Positions 48,620 to 61,566 of a DNA stretch of 64,000 bases are shown here, one piece after another. The first letter of the stretch is position 1. Each line of letters opens with the position of its first letter. Origin of the DNA: Leptonemataceae bacterium (GTDB lineage Bacteria > Spirochaetota > Leptospiria > Leptospirales > Leptonemataceae); contig OZ245742.1 of the NCBI GenBank assembly GCA_965227295.1, positions 32,001 through 96,000 on the forward strand, read 5' to 3'. The notes beneath the pieces were generated by a model that saw nothing but the letters and a program-made list of their open reading frames with translations, ran no database searches and had not been told where the DNA came from. A program made the position numbers and the translations under genes.

Positions 48620-49327
48620 ATGAAAGTTTCTCATGGCACATCTTCCCGTGCAAACGACGGACAGTTGATTCTGCGCCGCGAGACAACGGCATTCGTTCTG
48701 GAACTTTCGTACCGCAACGGCGGGACCGGCGTGTATATCCTGCGACTCTCCGGCGAGTTCGATCTCTACGGCCAGCGCATGTTTTCCGAAATCATCGAAG
48801 ACGGCATCTCCGACGCCGTGCACGCCCTCATCGTGGTGGACCTGAGCGGCCTCCTGCACCTGGACAGCACGGCCCTGGGCGCGCTGGGCGGACTGCGTTC
48901 CCGGATTTTCGAGTTCGCCCTGGCCAGTGTCCCCGTGCCGGTCCGCAAGGTCTTCGAGCTCACCTCATTTCGCGGCGTACCGTTTCCGCACTTCGACAAC
49001 ACGGACGCGGCCGTGGAATATCTGCGCGAGTTCGCCGGGGATATTGAAGACGAGAACGCGTCCGTGGATACCCTGCAAACGGCGGCCACGAAATTCCGGC
49101 TGCGGCGTAACTTCATTGTCGCCCACGAACTCTACGATCGCCTGCTTGAGCTCAGCGACAGCGTCACCGCCGACCAACACGCAAAGTTCTGTTATTACGC
49201 GGCGTACTGCCTGTACCACCTGCGCGGGTTCCAGCGCGCCGCCGTGCTGGCAAATCGCGCCGTCGTCCTCGATCCGCGCTTAAAGTCTGCTCAGTCACTG
49301 TTAGCAGACATCCGCCGCGCATCATGA
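48620..49327 (+). CDS. STAS (anti-sigma antagonist) + TPR protein
   Basis: LSGEFD, VDLSGL.HLDSTALG, C-terminal TPR-like helices. Confidence 0.75.
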   Translation: MKVSHGTSSRANDGQLILRRETTAFVLELSYRNGGTGVYILRLSGEFDLYGQRMFSEIIEDGISDAVHALIVVDLSGLLHLDSTALGALGGLRSRIFEFALASVPVPVRKVFELTSFRGVPFPHFDNTDAAVEYLREFAGDIEDENASVDTLQTAATKFRLRRNFIVAHELYDRLLELSDSVTADQHAKFCYYAAYCLYHLRGFQRAAVLANRAVVLDPRLKSAQSLLADIRRAS

Positions 49328-49409
49328 GCGGCGCGCCCGGAGATCTCAGGTGCGCCGCTATCTCGACAAAAGCGAATAGACCTGCGCGCCCGGCGGGGCA
49401 CCGTGGCTC

Positions 49410-49727
49410 ATGCCTCACGCCATCGACACCGAAGCCGTACCCGCCGCGGAAGTCGCGGCGCTAAGAGAAGAACTGCGTAAGTTTATGGAAATCCACACGG
49501 GCACGCGCCTGGTCGAGAGCAACGCCGGTGCCCTGAAGATGCTCGTTCTGCACGCGAAAAACACGCTGAACAAGAAACCCAAAGACAAACTCATCAACTG
49601 GAAGCTTTCGGAAGTCCGCAAACGTCTGCTGGAAGATGAAAACGCGAAGATGAAACGCCGGGACTTCGTGATCTGCGAGTTCCTGGTGGAAGAACTGAAG
49701 AAGTACGTGGCCAGTCAACTGCGGTGA
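49410..49727 (+). CDS. Hypothetical protein
   Basis: 105-aa ORF with host-like codon usage. Confidence 0.6.
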   Translation: MPHAIDTEAVPAAEVAALREELRKFMEIHTGTRLVESNAGALKMLVLHAKNTLNKKPKDKLINWKLSEVRKRLLEDENAKMKRRDFVICEFLVEELKKYVASQLR

Positions 49728-50042
49728 GAGATCCGCTTCGCCCGAATGACTTCTTCCGCGGACCACAAAGAAAGTTTCCACTCGTTGAAAATCGCTTGAA
49801 TTCCCTCAATCACCGAGCCCAATTGGATTACCGGGAGGCGGAGCATGGCGAAGAAGTCCGATATTGTAAGCACCGTTCACAATGGCAAGTTCGTAGCATC
49901 AAAGCAGTTGCCAACTTCATCGTCCAAACAGGCTGCGGCATCCAACCCGTTTCTGCCGCAAAACCGCACCGGACAAACTCAACCGCCGTCCGTGTCCAGG
50001 TCCGGCGACGGTTCAAATGCAAAGAACAAATAGTGCGGATCC

Positions 50043-50735
50043 ATGGTTCTCGGGCCGGCGTTAACAAGTCTTCTCATCCTGCTGGTCTTTATAGCGCCGG
50101 GCTTCGTTGCAACCGGACGCCTGAGACAAAAGCTCTCCCTCAAAAAGGACACCACCTTTGAGCTTACTGCCCAATCCATCGTATTCAGTGTTTTCTGTCA
50201 CCTCCTGCTTTTTTGTCTATTGTGGGCGACGAGTTTGATTCCTTACCTGGAGCCGTTTTATCAATGGGCAACGACACAAAGGTTTCCCGGCTCGGATAGC
50301 TCCGTAACCTTTGCAGATGTATTTCGGGGCTCGTTCATAGTCATTGCATACACTGCCATATCAATCGTAATAGGTCTATTGTTAGGAGCGGCCTATCTAA
50401 AGCTGACATTGCGCCGTACAGACTTACCCGAATTGATGCCGGTATGGGTGAACGTTTTTAACCGTGACGATGCGCTACTCCGATGCAAAGTCCGAACGAA
50501 GTTCGGGGTAATTTATGTCGGAGAAGTCGCTACGGTAACGATGGACCGCGAATCTATCGACAACGGGCAGAGAGATATCACGATCGATAATGCCTAAATC
50601 CTCAAGAGAGATTTCTGGGGGAAGGAAGTAGCGGAACCGATCCACATATCCGATCCAACGAACGGCCTGGTCCTCTTGAATGCTCGCGACATAGATAGCA
50701 TCGAACTAATACACGAAGCACTGCCTGCCCAATAA
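50043..50735 (+). pseudogene. DUF6338-like membrane protein with an in-frame premature stop at 50595
   Basis: FIAPGF, VW.NVF, IYVG; reading continues after TAA as ILKRDF...GLVLLNARDIDSIELI to TAA 50735; visibly lower GC. Confidence 0.55.
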
Positions 50736-50753
50736 CTTCGGCGACAGCCTGTC

Positions 50754-51605
50754 TCAATCCACCGCATCCCGCAGACTGTACGTGTGACTCCGCAAATGCG
50801 CCATGAGTTCTCGGCGCGTCGCGAAGTTCTCGAGAGACGTGTGCTCAATCGCGTCGCCGATGCGAATGCTGATGTCCTTGCCGATCTTGTTGCGCACCTC
50901 GTGCAGCAGTAACGAGAGGCGCAGGGACTGGGAAATGTGGCTCGCGATCTGGAAGAGCCGCGAGTTCTGGCCCTGAAAGAACATGGGCACGACGCGACCG
51001 CGGGACTTGAGAATGAGCTTCGACGTAAACGGGTTCCAGTCCGGATCCTCCGCAGCGCCGAAGGGCGTCTTCGCCGTGGACACCGCACCGCCGGGGAAGA
51101 TGATGACGGCCTCTCCGCGTTCCAGGCACTGCAGCGCGCGCTTGCGGGTATTGAGGTTCACCTGAATGGCCTCCGGCGTGCCGTCGAACTCCACCGGCAG
51201 AAAGTACTGCTCCACCCCGGGGACGGCGCACAGTACGTTGTTCGTAAGGATCTTAAACTCCGGGCGCACCAGAGAGACCAGGTAACAGATGATGATGCCG
51301 TCCAGGACGCCGAAGGGGTGGTTCCCCACGACGACGAGCGGGCCGTCGGTGGGGATGGCCCGGAGCCGTTCCTCGTTGTACTTAAGGTTCAGCCGCAAGA
51401 CCTTAATGATTTGCTCCCATACGTTGAGATCGCTCGCCGGGTCCAGGCTCGCGTAGAGTTTGTCGATCTTCTTGCGTCCGGAGACGATCTCGATGAGCTC
51501 CATGAGGTTCTTTTTGAGCTTCGGCGTGTTCGGCGACGCGTAGCTCAGCCGCTCACGGTTGTTGTACTTCGCTTCGTCGATCGTTTCGTTGACTGCTTCG
51601 TTCAT
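50754..51605 (-). CDS. Lysophospholipid acyltransferase (PlsC family)
   Basis: NHPFGVLDG, IFPGG.VS, VVPMFF.GQNS. Confidence 0.9.
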   Translation of the reverse strand: MNEAVNETIDEAKYNNRERLSYASPNTPKLKKNLMELIEIVSGRKKIDKLYASLDPASDLNVWEQIIKVLRLNLKYNEERLRAIPTDGPLVVVGNHPFGVLDGIIICYLVSLVRPEFKILTNNVLCAVPGVEQYFLPVEFDGTPEAIQVNLNTRKRALQCLERGEAVIIFPGGAVSTAKTPFGAAEDPDWNPFTSKLILKSRGRVVPMFFQGQNSRLFQIASHISQSLRLSLLLHEVRNKIGKDISIRIGDAIEHTSLENFATRRELMAHLRSHTYSLRDAVD

Positions 51606-51776
51606 GGAACACTCCGGCCTGAGGCCACTCCGGGGTTGTACCCCGGACCGCCGTTCTGTCAAGCTCATCCGACTTTTACGTGAATGTTTTGGTTCACGGC
51701 TATGCAACGCGCGACGGGACGTCGCGGGCTGACAACGTGTCGAACAATCGACTATATTTAGGAAGATTCGCGCCCT

Positions 51777-52694
51777 TTACCAGGACCCGGAACTGCCGCC
51801 GCCGCCGAAGCTGCCGCCACCGCCGGAGAACCCGCCGCTGGAAAAGCCGCCCCCGGACGACCAGCCCGAGGAACTGCTGGAAAAACCACCGCCGCTACTA
51901 CTGGAAACCTTGATGTTCTTTTCGGCCCAGGCCCCGACCGGTGTCCGCGGCAGAATCAACTTGAGCACCGGAAACAGCAGCAGGTATCCGAGAAAAACGA
52001 ACGCGCCCGTGGGCCAGCCGAACACGACGAACGACCCGGCACCCCAGAAGGGAATCAGAAACAGGTAAAAGAACCAGGCGACGCCCTGGCGAATGATCAA
52101 CGCCGTAATCGTAAAGAGGCCGACGACGCTGAACCAGATGGAACCGAACATGAGGCGAAACATCAGCGGCGGGGCTGTGAATCCTTCGCTCGTCGTCTCC
52201 GTCTCCGACGGCGTATACGTGCCCTCGATGGTGCCCAGAATCGCTTCGACTCCCGCCGTAATGCCGCCGTCAAAGTCGCCGTCCTTAAAGTGCGGCACGA
52301 TCTCCCCGCGAATGATGCGGCTGGCCTGCACGTCGGTGAGATCCCCTTCCAGGCCGTAACCTACTTCGATGCGAAGTTTGCGTTCGTCCCTGGCGATCAA
52401 CAACAGCACGCCGTTGTCTTTGTCCTTCTGGCCGAGCTTCCAGGTTTCGGCCGTGCGCAGGGAAAATTGTTCGAGCACTTCGCCTTCGAGGGAGGGAATC
52501 GTGAGTACGACGACCTGATTCGAAGTGGCCTTTTCGTGGGCGGCCAGCTTTTCGCTGAGCGCGTCTTCGGTGGACGCGGAGAGGATCTGCGCTTCGTCCA
52601 CCACGTGCCCGCTGAGATACGGGACCTCCAGGGCGAACACTGCCGCGGGCAGCACCAGCAGCAGGCAGGCGATGAATGATCTGGTCATGGCCAA
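51777..52694 (-). CDS. TPM-domain (YgcG-like) protein
   Basis: VVDEA, DNGVLLL, RIEVGYGLEG, GGGGSFGGGGSSGSW. Confidence 0.93.
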   Translation of the reverse strand: MAMTRSFIACLLLVLPAAVFALEVPYLSGHVVDEAQILSASTEDALSEKLAAHEKATSNQVVVLTIPSLEGEVLEQFSLRTAETWKLGQKDKDNGVLLLIARDERKLRIEVGYGLEGDLTDVQASRIIRGEIVPHFKDGDFDGGITAGVEAILGTIEGTYTPSETETTSEGFTAPPLMFRLMFGSIWFSVVGLFTITALIIRQGVAWFFYLFLIPFWGAGSFVVFGWPTGAFVFLGYLLLFPVLKLILPRTPVGAWAEKNIKVSSSSGGGFSSSSSGWSSGGGFSSGGFSGGGGSFGGGGSSGSW

Positions 52695-52782
52695 ATAATA
52701 CGACGGCCCGAAATCAACGCAATCGACTTTCCCTCGACTGAAGGTGCTTGACGAAAACAGCGCGGTCGGCTGAAATCAATTT

Positions 52783-53193
52783 ATGATTCAGTGGGAAAGT
52801 AAATACGAGTTGCAGATTCCGAAGATCGACATGCAGCACCGCGTACTGGTCATGCTGATCAATCGCCTGGAGAAGTTGCAGAACGAGCACAAGACCACGA
52901 CCCGGGACATCGACGAAATCCTGAAGCACCTCAGCCAGTACATCGACACGCACTTCAAGTTTGAGGAAGATCTGCTGCAACAGTACGACTATCCCGACTT
53001 CGCCGCTCATAAGCGCCAGCACGAGGCCTTCGTCGCGAAGGTTCAGGAGTTTCGCTCAAAGTACGAGGCCGGCGAGGACATCGGCGCGCGCGTGCTTACG
53101 TTTCTCACGGACTGGCTGCTGCATCACATCAACGAGAGCGACCGGGACTACGCCGAGCAGTGGCAGGCGTCCGGCGTGGCGGCGAAGATCTAA
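52783..53193 (+). CDS. Bacteriohemerythrin
   Basis: IDMQH, HFKFEE, HKRQH, WLLHHI..D. Confidence 0.93.
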   Translation: MIQWESKYELQIPKIDMQHRVLVMLINRLEKLQNEHKTTTRDIDEILKHLSQYIDTHFKFEEDLLQQYDYPDFAAHKRQHEAFVAKVQEFRSKYEAGEDIGARVLTFLTDWLLHHINESDRDYAEQWQASGVAAKI

Positions 53194-53208
53194 GGTTCCG
53201 TTGCTTGC

Positions 53209-54609
53209 TCAATTCCGTCCGGGAATATAGTCCCGCGTAATCTTCGCCGCCACCCCCGCGAGCAGCAACAGGCCGACCAGGTTCGGCAGGGCCATGAGTC
53301 CGTTGAATACGTCCGAGACCAGCCACACCGTATCGATCTTCGCCACGGCTCCCACAAACACGAGCACAATGAATATTAAGCGAAACGGAATCGAGACCGC
53401 CGTGCCGCCCAGGTAGACCGCCGCACGTTCGCCGTAATAGCTCCAGCCCAGGATCGTGGAGTACGCAAAAAACGCGAGGGCAATCGCCACGAGTTTGCCG
53501 CCGGCCCCGCCGAAGGTCCAGGCGTCCAGGCCCTCGGTGAACGCGAAGACGGTCATGTCCGCACCTTTCAGGCCGCTCATCCATCCGCCGGTGACGATTA
53601 AGATCAAACCGGTGATCGTGCACACGACGAGCGTATCGATGAAGGTCTGCGTCATGGATACCAGGGCCTGGCTCACGGGGTGTTTGGTCTGCGCCGCCGC
53701 GGCGGCAATGGGCGAGGAACCAAGGCCGCTCTCGTTCGAAAAGATGCCGCGGGAAACACCCATGCGAATCGCATCTTTCACGAGCGCGCCCGCGAAACCA
53801 CCGGCCGCCGCCGTCGGAGAGAACGCGGACTCGAAGATCAACGCGAAGGCGCCGGGCAGCGCGGCGGCGTTGGCCGCGAGAATCACCAGACCCGCCGCCA
53901 TGTAGGCCAGGATCATGAACGGCACGACGAACTGCGTCACCTTCGCAATGGAACGGATGCCGCCTAAGATCACCAGACCGGACATTAAGAACAGAATAAA
54001 GCCCGTTAAGAATTGCGGCACATCGAACGCGGAATGTAACGCCTCGGCCACCGAGTTCGATTGCGTCATGTTGCCGATGCCGAACGAGGCCACCGTGGCG
54101 AAGATCGCGAAGGCCACGGCGAGAATTTTACCGACGGCCGGCATTCCAAGGCCGCCGAGGCCGCGACTGAGATAGTACATGGGCCCGCCGGCCATACGCC
54201 CCTGTTCGTCCGTGGTGCGATACTCCACGGCGAGGACCGCCTCGGCGTACTTCGTCGCCATGCCCACGAGGCCGGTGATCCACATCCAGAACAGCGCCCC
54301 CGGTCCGCCGGAAAAGATTGCCAGCGCCACACCGACGATGTTGCCGGTGCCCACCGTCGCCGAGAGCGCGGTCATCAGCGCCTGGAAGTGCGTGATGTCG
54401 CCGGGTTCGTCGCCGGGCTCTTTGCGTTTTACGAGGGCGAGCCAGAGGGCCGGTCCCAGTTGTGTAAACTGAATGAACCGCAGGCGAATCGTTAAGTAAA
54501 GACCGGTGCCGACTAAGAGGATGATCAGCGGCAGGCCCCAGACCCAGCCGCTCGCCACGTTCAGGAAGGCGTTGAGTTGATCGAGAAAGGTCGGTTCGGC
54601 GATGGGCAT
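53209..54609 (-). CDS. Alanine/glycine:cation symporter (AGCS)
   Basis: [38 protein letters not shown]. Confidence 0.95.
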   Translation of the reverse strand: MPIAEPTFLDQLNAFLNVASGWVWGLPLIILLVGTGLYLTIRLRFIQFTQLGPALWLALVKRKEPGDEPGDITHFQALMTALSATVGTGNIVGVALAIFSGGPGALFWMWITGLVGMATKYAEAVLAVEYRTTDEQGRMAGGPMYYLSRGLGGLGMPAVGKILAVAFAIFATVASFGIGNMTQSNSVAEALHSAFDVPQFLTGFILFLMSGLVILGGIRSIAKVTQFVVPFMILAYMAAGLVILAANAAALPGAFALIFESAFSPTAAAGGFAGALVKDAIRMGVSRGIFSNESGLGSSPIAAAAAQTKHPVSQALVSMTQTFIDTLVVCTITGLILIVTGGWMSGLKGADMTVFAFTEGLDAWTFGGAGGKLVAIALAFFAYSTILGWSYYGERAAVYLGGTAVSIPFRLIFIVLVFVGAVAKIDTVWLVSDVFNGLMALPNLVGLLLLAGVAAKITRDYIPGRN

Positions 54610-54719
54610 GATGCGAAGATGCAACGCGCATCGTGGGCGTCAGCAAGAAAAGCGGCGGGAACCGATCTTCTCAAGGCGTTTTTCCGGTGTCCGAAGAACT
54701 GTCGCGCCCGGTGTTCGCG

Positions 54720-54930
54720 ACGAAGACGCCGTTCCGGTCCGCCTTACCCCGCTCCCCTGCACGACAACCGCACGTTAGCTGGAACCAGTTGTGACCACTA
54801 AAGTGCTAATCTAAACTGACAATAACTTACGCAGAGTTTTTTTTTGCTACGGCTCTTCGGAGTTGTGGATTTTCGTTTTGCAAAGAACGCTCGCTTCGAC
54901 CCGGACGCCGGTTGTGCGACTCAGCTATCG
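54720..54930 (-). repeat. 331-bp repeat family, locus 4 (reverse strand, spans a unit junction with a deletion)
   Basis: Minus strand reads CTGAGTCGCACAACCGG...CCACAACTCC..GCCGTAGC then ACAACTGGTTCCAGCTAAC...GGTAAGGCGGACCGGAACGGCGTCTTC. Confidence 0.85.
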
Positions 54931-54939
54931 CTCGCGTCG

Positions 54940-55908
54940 TCACTCCAACGTCAACTGTTGCTCCTCGCGATTCACCAGCGCGTACCGCTTGTTCGTAACG
55001 TCGAACTCCACCTTTTCGCCGATGTCGAGCAACAGAATGCGATCCGCCAGGCCGCTCTTTGCGATGGCGTCGTCGATCATCTCGCGCTCGGCGCCGCCGC
55101 GGCGATAGAACGTGCTGTGGTGGATCGGGATCATCCACTTCGCGCGCACGTCGCGGAAGACGTCGACGGCCTCGTACGGATCGACGTGGACGATCTTACC
55201 GATGCTGCGACCCAGGCCGCCCTTGTTGCCGCTCGGTCCTACCGGAATGAGCGCGATGTCCACGTCGAAGCGTTCGCCGATCTCTTTAAACAACGTATCG
55301 TTGTAACCGGTGTCCCCGGCGAAAAAGACCGTGACCCCGCCGTACTCCACGACGTAGCCGTGATAGGGTTCGCCGTCCCAGAGATTGTCCACGATGAGCC
55401 GGCCGCCGAAGTGCTGGGCCGGCACCGCGGTCACCTTCGCGCCGTCGGCGTCGGTGTAAGACTTCCAGTTCTCAACGCCGTGAACCTGATCGAAGATACC
55501 GCCGGGAATGTACGGCACGCCGCCCTCCGGCGTTAACAGTTGTTTACTGCCACTTAGCATGCGCAACGACGGCCGATCGAGGTGATCGTAGTGCGTATGC
55601 GAGATCATGACCCAGTCCGCCGTCGGGATCTTATTCACGTCGATGCCCACGTCGACGTAACGCCGGACCACGCCGCCCAGGTACTCGGTGAAACAGGGGT
55701 CCGTGAGGAACCACTTGTCTTTGATCTTGAACAGCACCGTCGCGTGGCCCACCCAGTAGAGTTCCACGTCTTCCAGCTGCACGGCCCCGGCGTTGGGATC
55801 GGGCTGGTAGGCGGCCGGATCGAGGGTGCGGAAGGCCTGACAGTGCAGCGCAAAAACTGCAAGCAGTGCGGCGGCGGTGAAGAGTAAGATGGGACGGCGA
55901 TGTTTCAT
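54940..55908 (-). CDS. MBL-fold metallohydrolase (NAPE-PLD-like), exported
   Basis: WVGHAT, ISHTHYDHLD, PAQH, FAGDTGY, PIHH. Confidence 0.9.
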   Translation of the reverse strand: MKHRRPILLFTAAALLAVFALHCQAFRTLDPAAYQPDPNAGAVQLEDVELYWVGHATVLFKIKDKWFLTDPCFTEYLGGVVRRYVDVGIDVNKIPTADWVMISHTHYDHLDRPSLRMLSGSKQLLTPEGGVPYIPGGIFDQVHGVENWKSYTDADGAKVTAVPAQHFGGRLIVDNLWDGEPYHGYVVEYGGVTVFFAGDTGYNDTLFKEIGERFDVDIALIPVGPSGNKGGLGRSIGKIVHVDPYEAVDVFRDVRAKWMIPIHHSTFYRRGGAEREMIDDAIAKSGLADRILLLDIGEKVEFDVTNKRYALVNREEQQLTLE

Positions 55909-56197
55909 GGTGGGGAGAAGTAAGGGAGCGCGGGCGCGAAGGGCAACCAAAAATGGACCGGTGGTCCGAAATTCCGTGTAAATTTGTGTTAACGGACCCC
56001 GGGCAAAATGATTATAATTCGGAACCTGGCTTATCCTCGACCAAAGCCTTGCCGTCAACACCCGCGAGCCCTGGTGATGATCGGAATAATGACAGGCCTC
56101 ATGCTCTGTGCATACGTCATGATGCAGCATCAAGTCCGACATTCTCGATACTGAAAATTCGCTTGTCGCGCTCACTCCGACCGGAAGTCTTCATAAC

Positions 56198-56421
56198 ATG
56201 AACACCGGCCGGCGGCCGCCGTTTTACGTTCGGCTGATTCTGCTGATCTATGCTCTGGTATTCTTGCTGCACGGTCTAATTTGGTTCAGCGCCTACGCCG
56301 ACTTCGCCGATTCACCGCTGTTGCAATCCCCATCCTGTTCCGACAATTACCGGGGCTCTTCGCAATCGGGTACGTCGCGTTCAGCATTGCGCTGTTGCTC
56401 ATACTCTGGCGGAGCCGCTAA
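56198..56421 (+). pseudogene. Small two-TM protein, apparently frameshifted near 56305
   Basis: First TM in ORF 56198; second hydrophobic segment (LFAIGYVAFSIALLLILWRSR*) lies in another frame. Confidence 0.3.
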
Positions 56422-56559
56422 TGATGCTGCGTCAGGCTGATAGAAAGCACGCCGCTTCCGCGGATCACTCGCCATTAAGCACCGCACTATCATCGTAGTG
56501 CCGACGCCGTTTTCTGACCTATCGGTAAAAAAATAGTTTCAGTACCAGACGCGATCTGA

Positions 56560-58602
<2,043 letters not shown>

Positions 58603-58655
58603 GTCTTCTCTCGCGCCAATGCGAAAGCGTTGAACCTTGCGCTGCAAGGTTACGC

Positions 58656-59369
58656 TCACTGCTCTACGCAGATCACCTTGGCGTTGTTGGCACAACCTGA
58701 GGTTCCGATGCTCAGGAGATTCGTGTTCGTTTGATCGTGCAGGCCGGTGGTACCGGTCGTGGCCGTGGAGCCCCAGTTCGAACAATCGTTGGTGCTGCTG
58801 GTCCAGTTCGTATTGAGTCCGGTCCAGGTGGAATTCGTGCCGACGGTTACAGTCTCTACCTCGGCGGTCAGCGGAAACGAAAAGACTCCGTTGGCGGTGG
58901 TCGTCCCGATGACCGTCGTTCCGTCCGACCGTCGATATTCTTTGTTCGGCTTCAGAACCCAATCCGTATGTTCTCCGGTGCCGCCGCCGCAATTGGCCGT
59001 CGTGCAGGCGATGCGATTCGTACCGTCCGCCACCATGGCTTTGTAGGTTCCACCGCCGGAAGGCTTCGCGGCATCGGAGGCACAGTTGGCGTCGAGCCCG
59101 CTGATGCCCGCGTTCGTTGTCGCATTGCCGGAGGTACGAAACATCATGCAGGCCCCTGTTCCCGCACAGGTGGTGTCGGTAGTGCTGCCGTCTCCGCTAT
59201 CGGAGCCGCCGTTGGAGGAACCGCTCGCGGCCAGAGTCGTCGCCTGCAGGGCAAGCGCGGCACCGGTAACCAGAGCGGTCTGATCGGTGTCGTCGGTATC
59301 GCAACGGAACAAAACAACGCAAACGGCGACGCAGAGAAGCCGGGGAAGGAATTCGGGAATTCGAGTCAT
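58656..59369 (-). CDS. DUF1554 (Len/endostatin-like) lipoprotein
   Basis: LFRC lipobox; DANC..YKAM..NRIAC.TANC..DWVLKPN.EY.R, ICVEQ. Confidence 0.85.
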   Translation of the reverse strand: MTRIPEFLPRLLCVAVCVVLFRCDTDDTDQTALVTGAALALQATTLAASGSSNGGSDSGDGSTTDTTCAGTGACMMFRTSGNATTNAGISGLDANCASDAAKPSGGGTYKAMVADGTNRIACTTANCGGGTGEHTDWVLKPNKEYRRSDGTTVIGTTTANGVFSFPLTAEVETVTVGTNSTWTGLNTNWTSSTNDCSNWGSTATTGTTGLHDQTNTNLLSIGTSGCANNAKVICVEQ

Positions 59370-59587
59370 ATAGTTAATTTTATTTATTAATAGCGGTGAC
59401 CGTCAAGATAAAATGAAGCTCCTTCAGTTCGTTGCAGTGTACCGGATTTGCGCCGCGCATGGCCGGCAGCGATATACGGCCGCGGGGTACGGTTACGGAT
59501 GACAACTTTTACGAAGCGCATCAAAATTTCGGGGCCCTCCCCGCGCGGCGCGGACGACAGTCGCTTCCGCATCGCGTATGATGCAGC

Positions 59588-60436
59588 ATGTTCCGGGCGG
59601 GCCGACTTCAAATACTACCGATGGCCTGCATCGTCCTCGCCGCCGCTCTGTTCCCGGCCTGCGGCCCCGGAGCGATCTTCAGCTATCCGATCGACGCGCG
59701 CATCCATGCCCTCGACGAGACCACCGGCTGCATCCGCGGCGTGAGCACGCATATGGACCCGGCCCTGCCGGAATGGATCCGCACTAACTTTACCTGCGTA
59801 ACAGCTACGGTTGCGGGCGATCATATCATCTTCCACACGCTCAATCTGCCCAACACAGAAAGCTACTACTATGGACCGCGCTCCCCGCTCTACGCCGACA
59901 TGCCCGCGGATCATGTCGCGAATCCGGGACGCATTGTGGCGCAGGATCTGCGTTTCGCGATTCCCGCCGCGCCGGCGCGCGAAGATGGGCAAGCGCGGGC
60001 GACCCAGGGTGGCCCGATCGGCCTTACGGTAAACGGCGTGGCCATCTTCAACAATGCGGCCCGGGCCGGGGCCTCCCTGAGCCGCGAGGCCGGCACCTTT
60101 GACGCATACAACGGCCATCCCCAGGAATGGGGCGTGTATCATCATCATACCGAACCGCTGAATCTTTCCAACGACGATGCGAACCTCGTCGGCATTGCTC
60201 TCGACGGCTTTCCGATCTACGGCCGGCGTTGTGATAACGGAACTGCAATTCGCGAAGATGACTTCGTTCCGGACGCCACGGGCACTCACGTCCTGGACGA
60301 CAATCACGGCCACATCGCAGCAACCCGGGACTTTCCGGACGGCATCTATCATTATCACGCCGCGCTGGATGATACGGCATCCATCGTAACACTGCTGGGT
60401 TCTTACTTCTACGGACACCCTGGCCATGCTCATTGA
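59588..60436 (+). CDS. YHYH-domain protein, paralog 1
   Basis: IGLTVNGVAIFN, GHP..GVYHHH, GIALDGFPIYG, YHYH. Confidence 0.88.
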   Translation: MFRAGRLQILPMACIVLAAALFPACGPGAIFSYPIDARIHALDETTGCIRGVSTHMDPALPEWIRTNFTCVTATVAGDHIIFHTLNLPNTESYYYGPRSPLYADMPADHVANPGRIVAQDLRFAIPAAPAREDGQARATQGGPIGLTVNGVAIFNNAARAGASLSREAGTFDAYNGHPQEWGVYHHHTEPLNLSNDDANLVGIALDGFPIYGRRCDNGTAIREDDFVPDATGTHVLDDNHGHIAATRDFPDGIYHYHAALDDTASIVTLLGSYFYGHPGHAH

Positions 60437-60605
60437 ATTCTTACATTGTTCGATGGCAGGTCCAGGGGAAAACGGCTTGATGGATGCACTATATATGAAA
60501 TAAACACGCCTACGCCGCGCGGCGTGGACGACAGCATCCAGTAATCTGATGTATGCTCGCGTCACATTCCTCAGACAGCATTCCTAGAAAACTCAGGAGC
60601 AAACT

Positions 60606-61502
60606 ATGTTTCTTTCCAGAAAACTTTCCGTACTCGCACTGTGCGTCGTTACGGCTTTCGGCACGAGCGCATGCAGCCTGTTCGGCGGTTCGGACGACGG
60701 TGACGATACCGATCTGCTCGCCCTGGGCAGCCTGGCCGCCCTCGTCGTCTCCAGCAGTTCTACCGTATACACGCTCGACTCATCGACGGGCTGCATCAGC
60801 GGTGTCACCATTTCCATGGACAGTTCGTTGCCGGACTGGATCAAAAACAACTTCACGTGCATGACCGGTACGGTCTCCGGCTCGAACGCCGTATTCAGCA
60901 CGCTTAACCTTCCGAACACGCGGAGCTACTATTACGGAACGTCTTCCCCGCTCTACGAAGCCCTGCCCGGCGGCAATACGCCGGCCGGTAACAACAGCAT
61001 CATCGCCCAGAGCATCAGGATGACCGTGCCCACTTCGCCTTCGCAGAACACCGGTACGCTGACAAGCACGAGCACCGGTGCCATCGGCCTCACCACGAAC
61101 GGTCTGGCCATCTTCAACAACGCCGCGGCACCGGGAGACACCCTCGCCAGCGAGGTGGCCACCTTCGATAACTTCAACGGTCACCCGCAGGAGCAGGGCA
61201 TCTACCATCACCACGCACAGCCGCTGAACCTCACGAACGAATCTTCGGAACTCATCGGCATTGCCCTCGACGGTTTCCCGGTCTACGGACGCAAGTGCGA
61301 CAACGGCACCAGCAGCACCGGCGACGATTTTACACCGGACAGCACCGGCACCAACGTCCTCGATTCCCTGCACGGCCACACATCGGCGACGATTCACTTC
61401 CCGGGCAGCCAGTATCACTACCATGCCGCGCAGGATTCCACGGCGACCATCGTCACGCTCATGGGCTCCTCGTACTACGGCAACACCGGCTCAATTCAGT
61501 AA
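60606..61502 (+). CDS. YHYH-domain lipoprotein, paralog 2
   Basis: TSAC lipobox; same motifs. Confidence 0.9.
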   Translation: MFLSRKLSVLALCVVTAFGTSACSLFGGSDDGDDTDLLALGSLAALVVSSSSTVYTLDSSTGCISGVTISMDSSLPDWIKNNFTCMTGTVSGSNAVFSTLNLPNTRSYYYGTSSPLYEALPGGNTPAGNNSIIAQSIRMTVPTSPSQNTGTLTSTSTGAIGLTTNGLAIFNNAAAPGDTLASEVATFDNFNGHPQEQGIYHHHAQPLNLTNESSELIGIALDGFPVYGRKCDNGTSSTGDDFTPDSTGTNVLDSLHGHTSATIHFPGSQYHYHAAQDSTATIVTLMGSSYYGNTGSIQ

Positions 61503-61566
61503 CAATCATGAAGCCCGGGGCGACAAACAGCCGAACCCCGGGTAATTCCATTTCAGGAGAAAAAAG

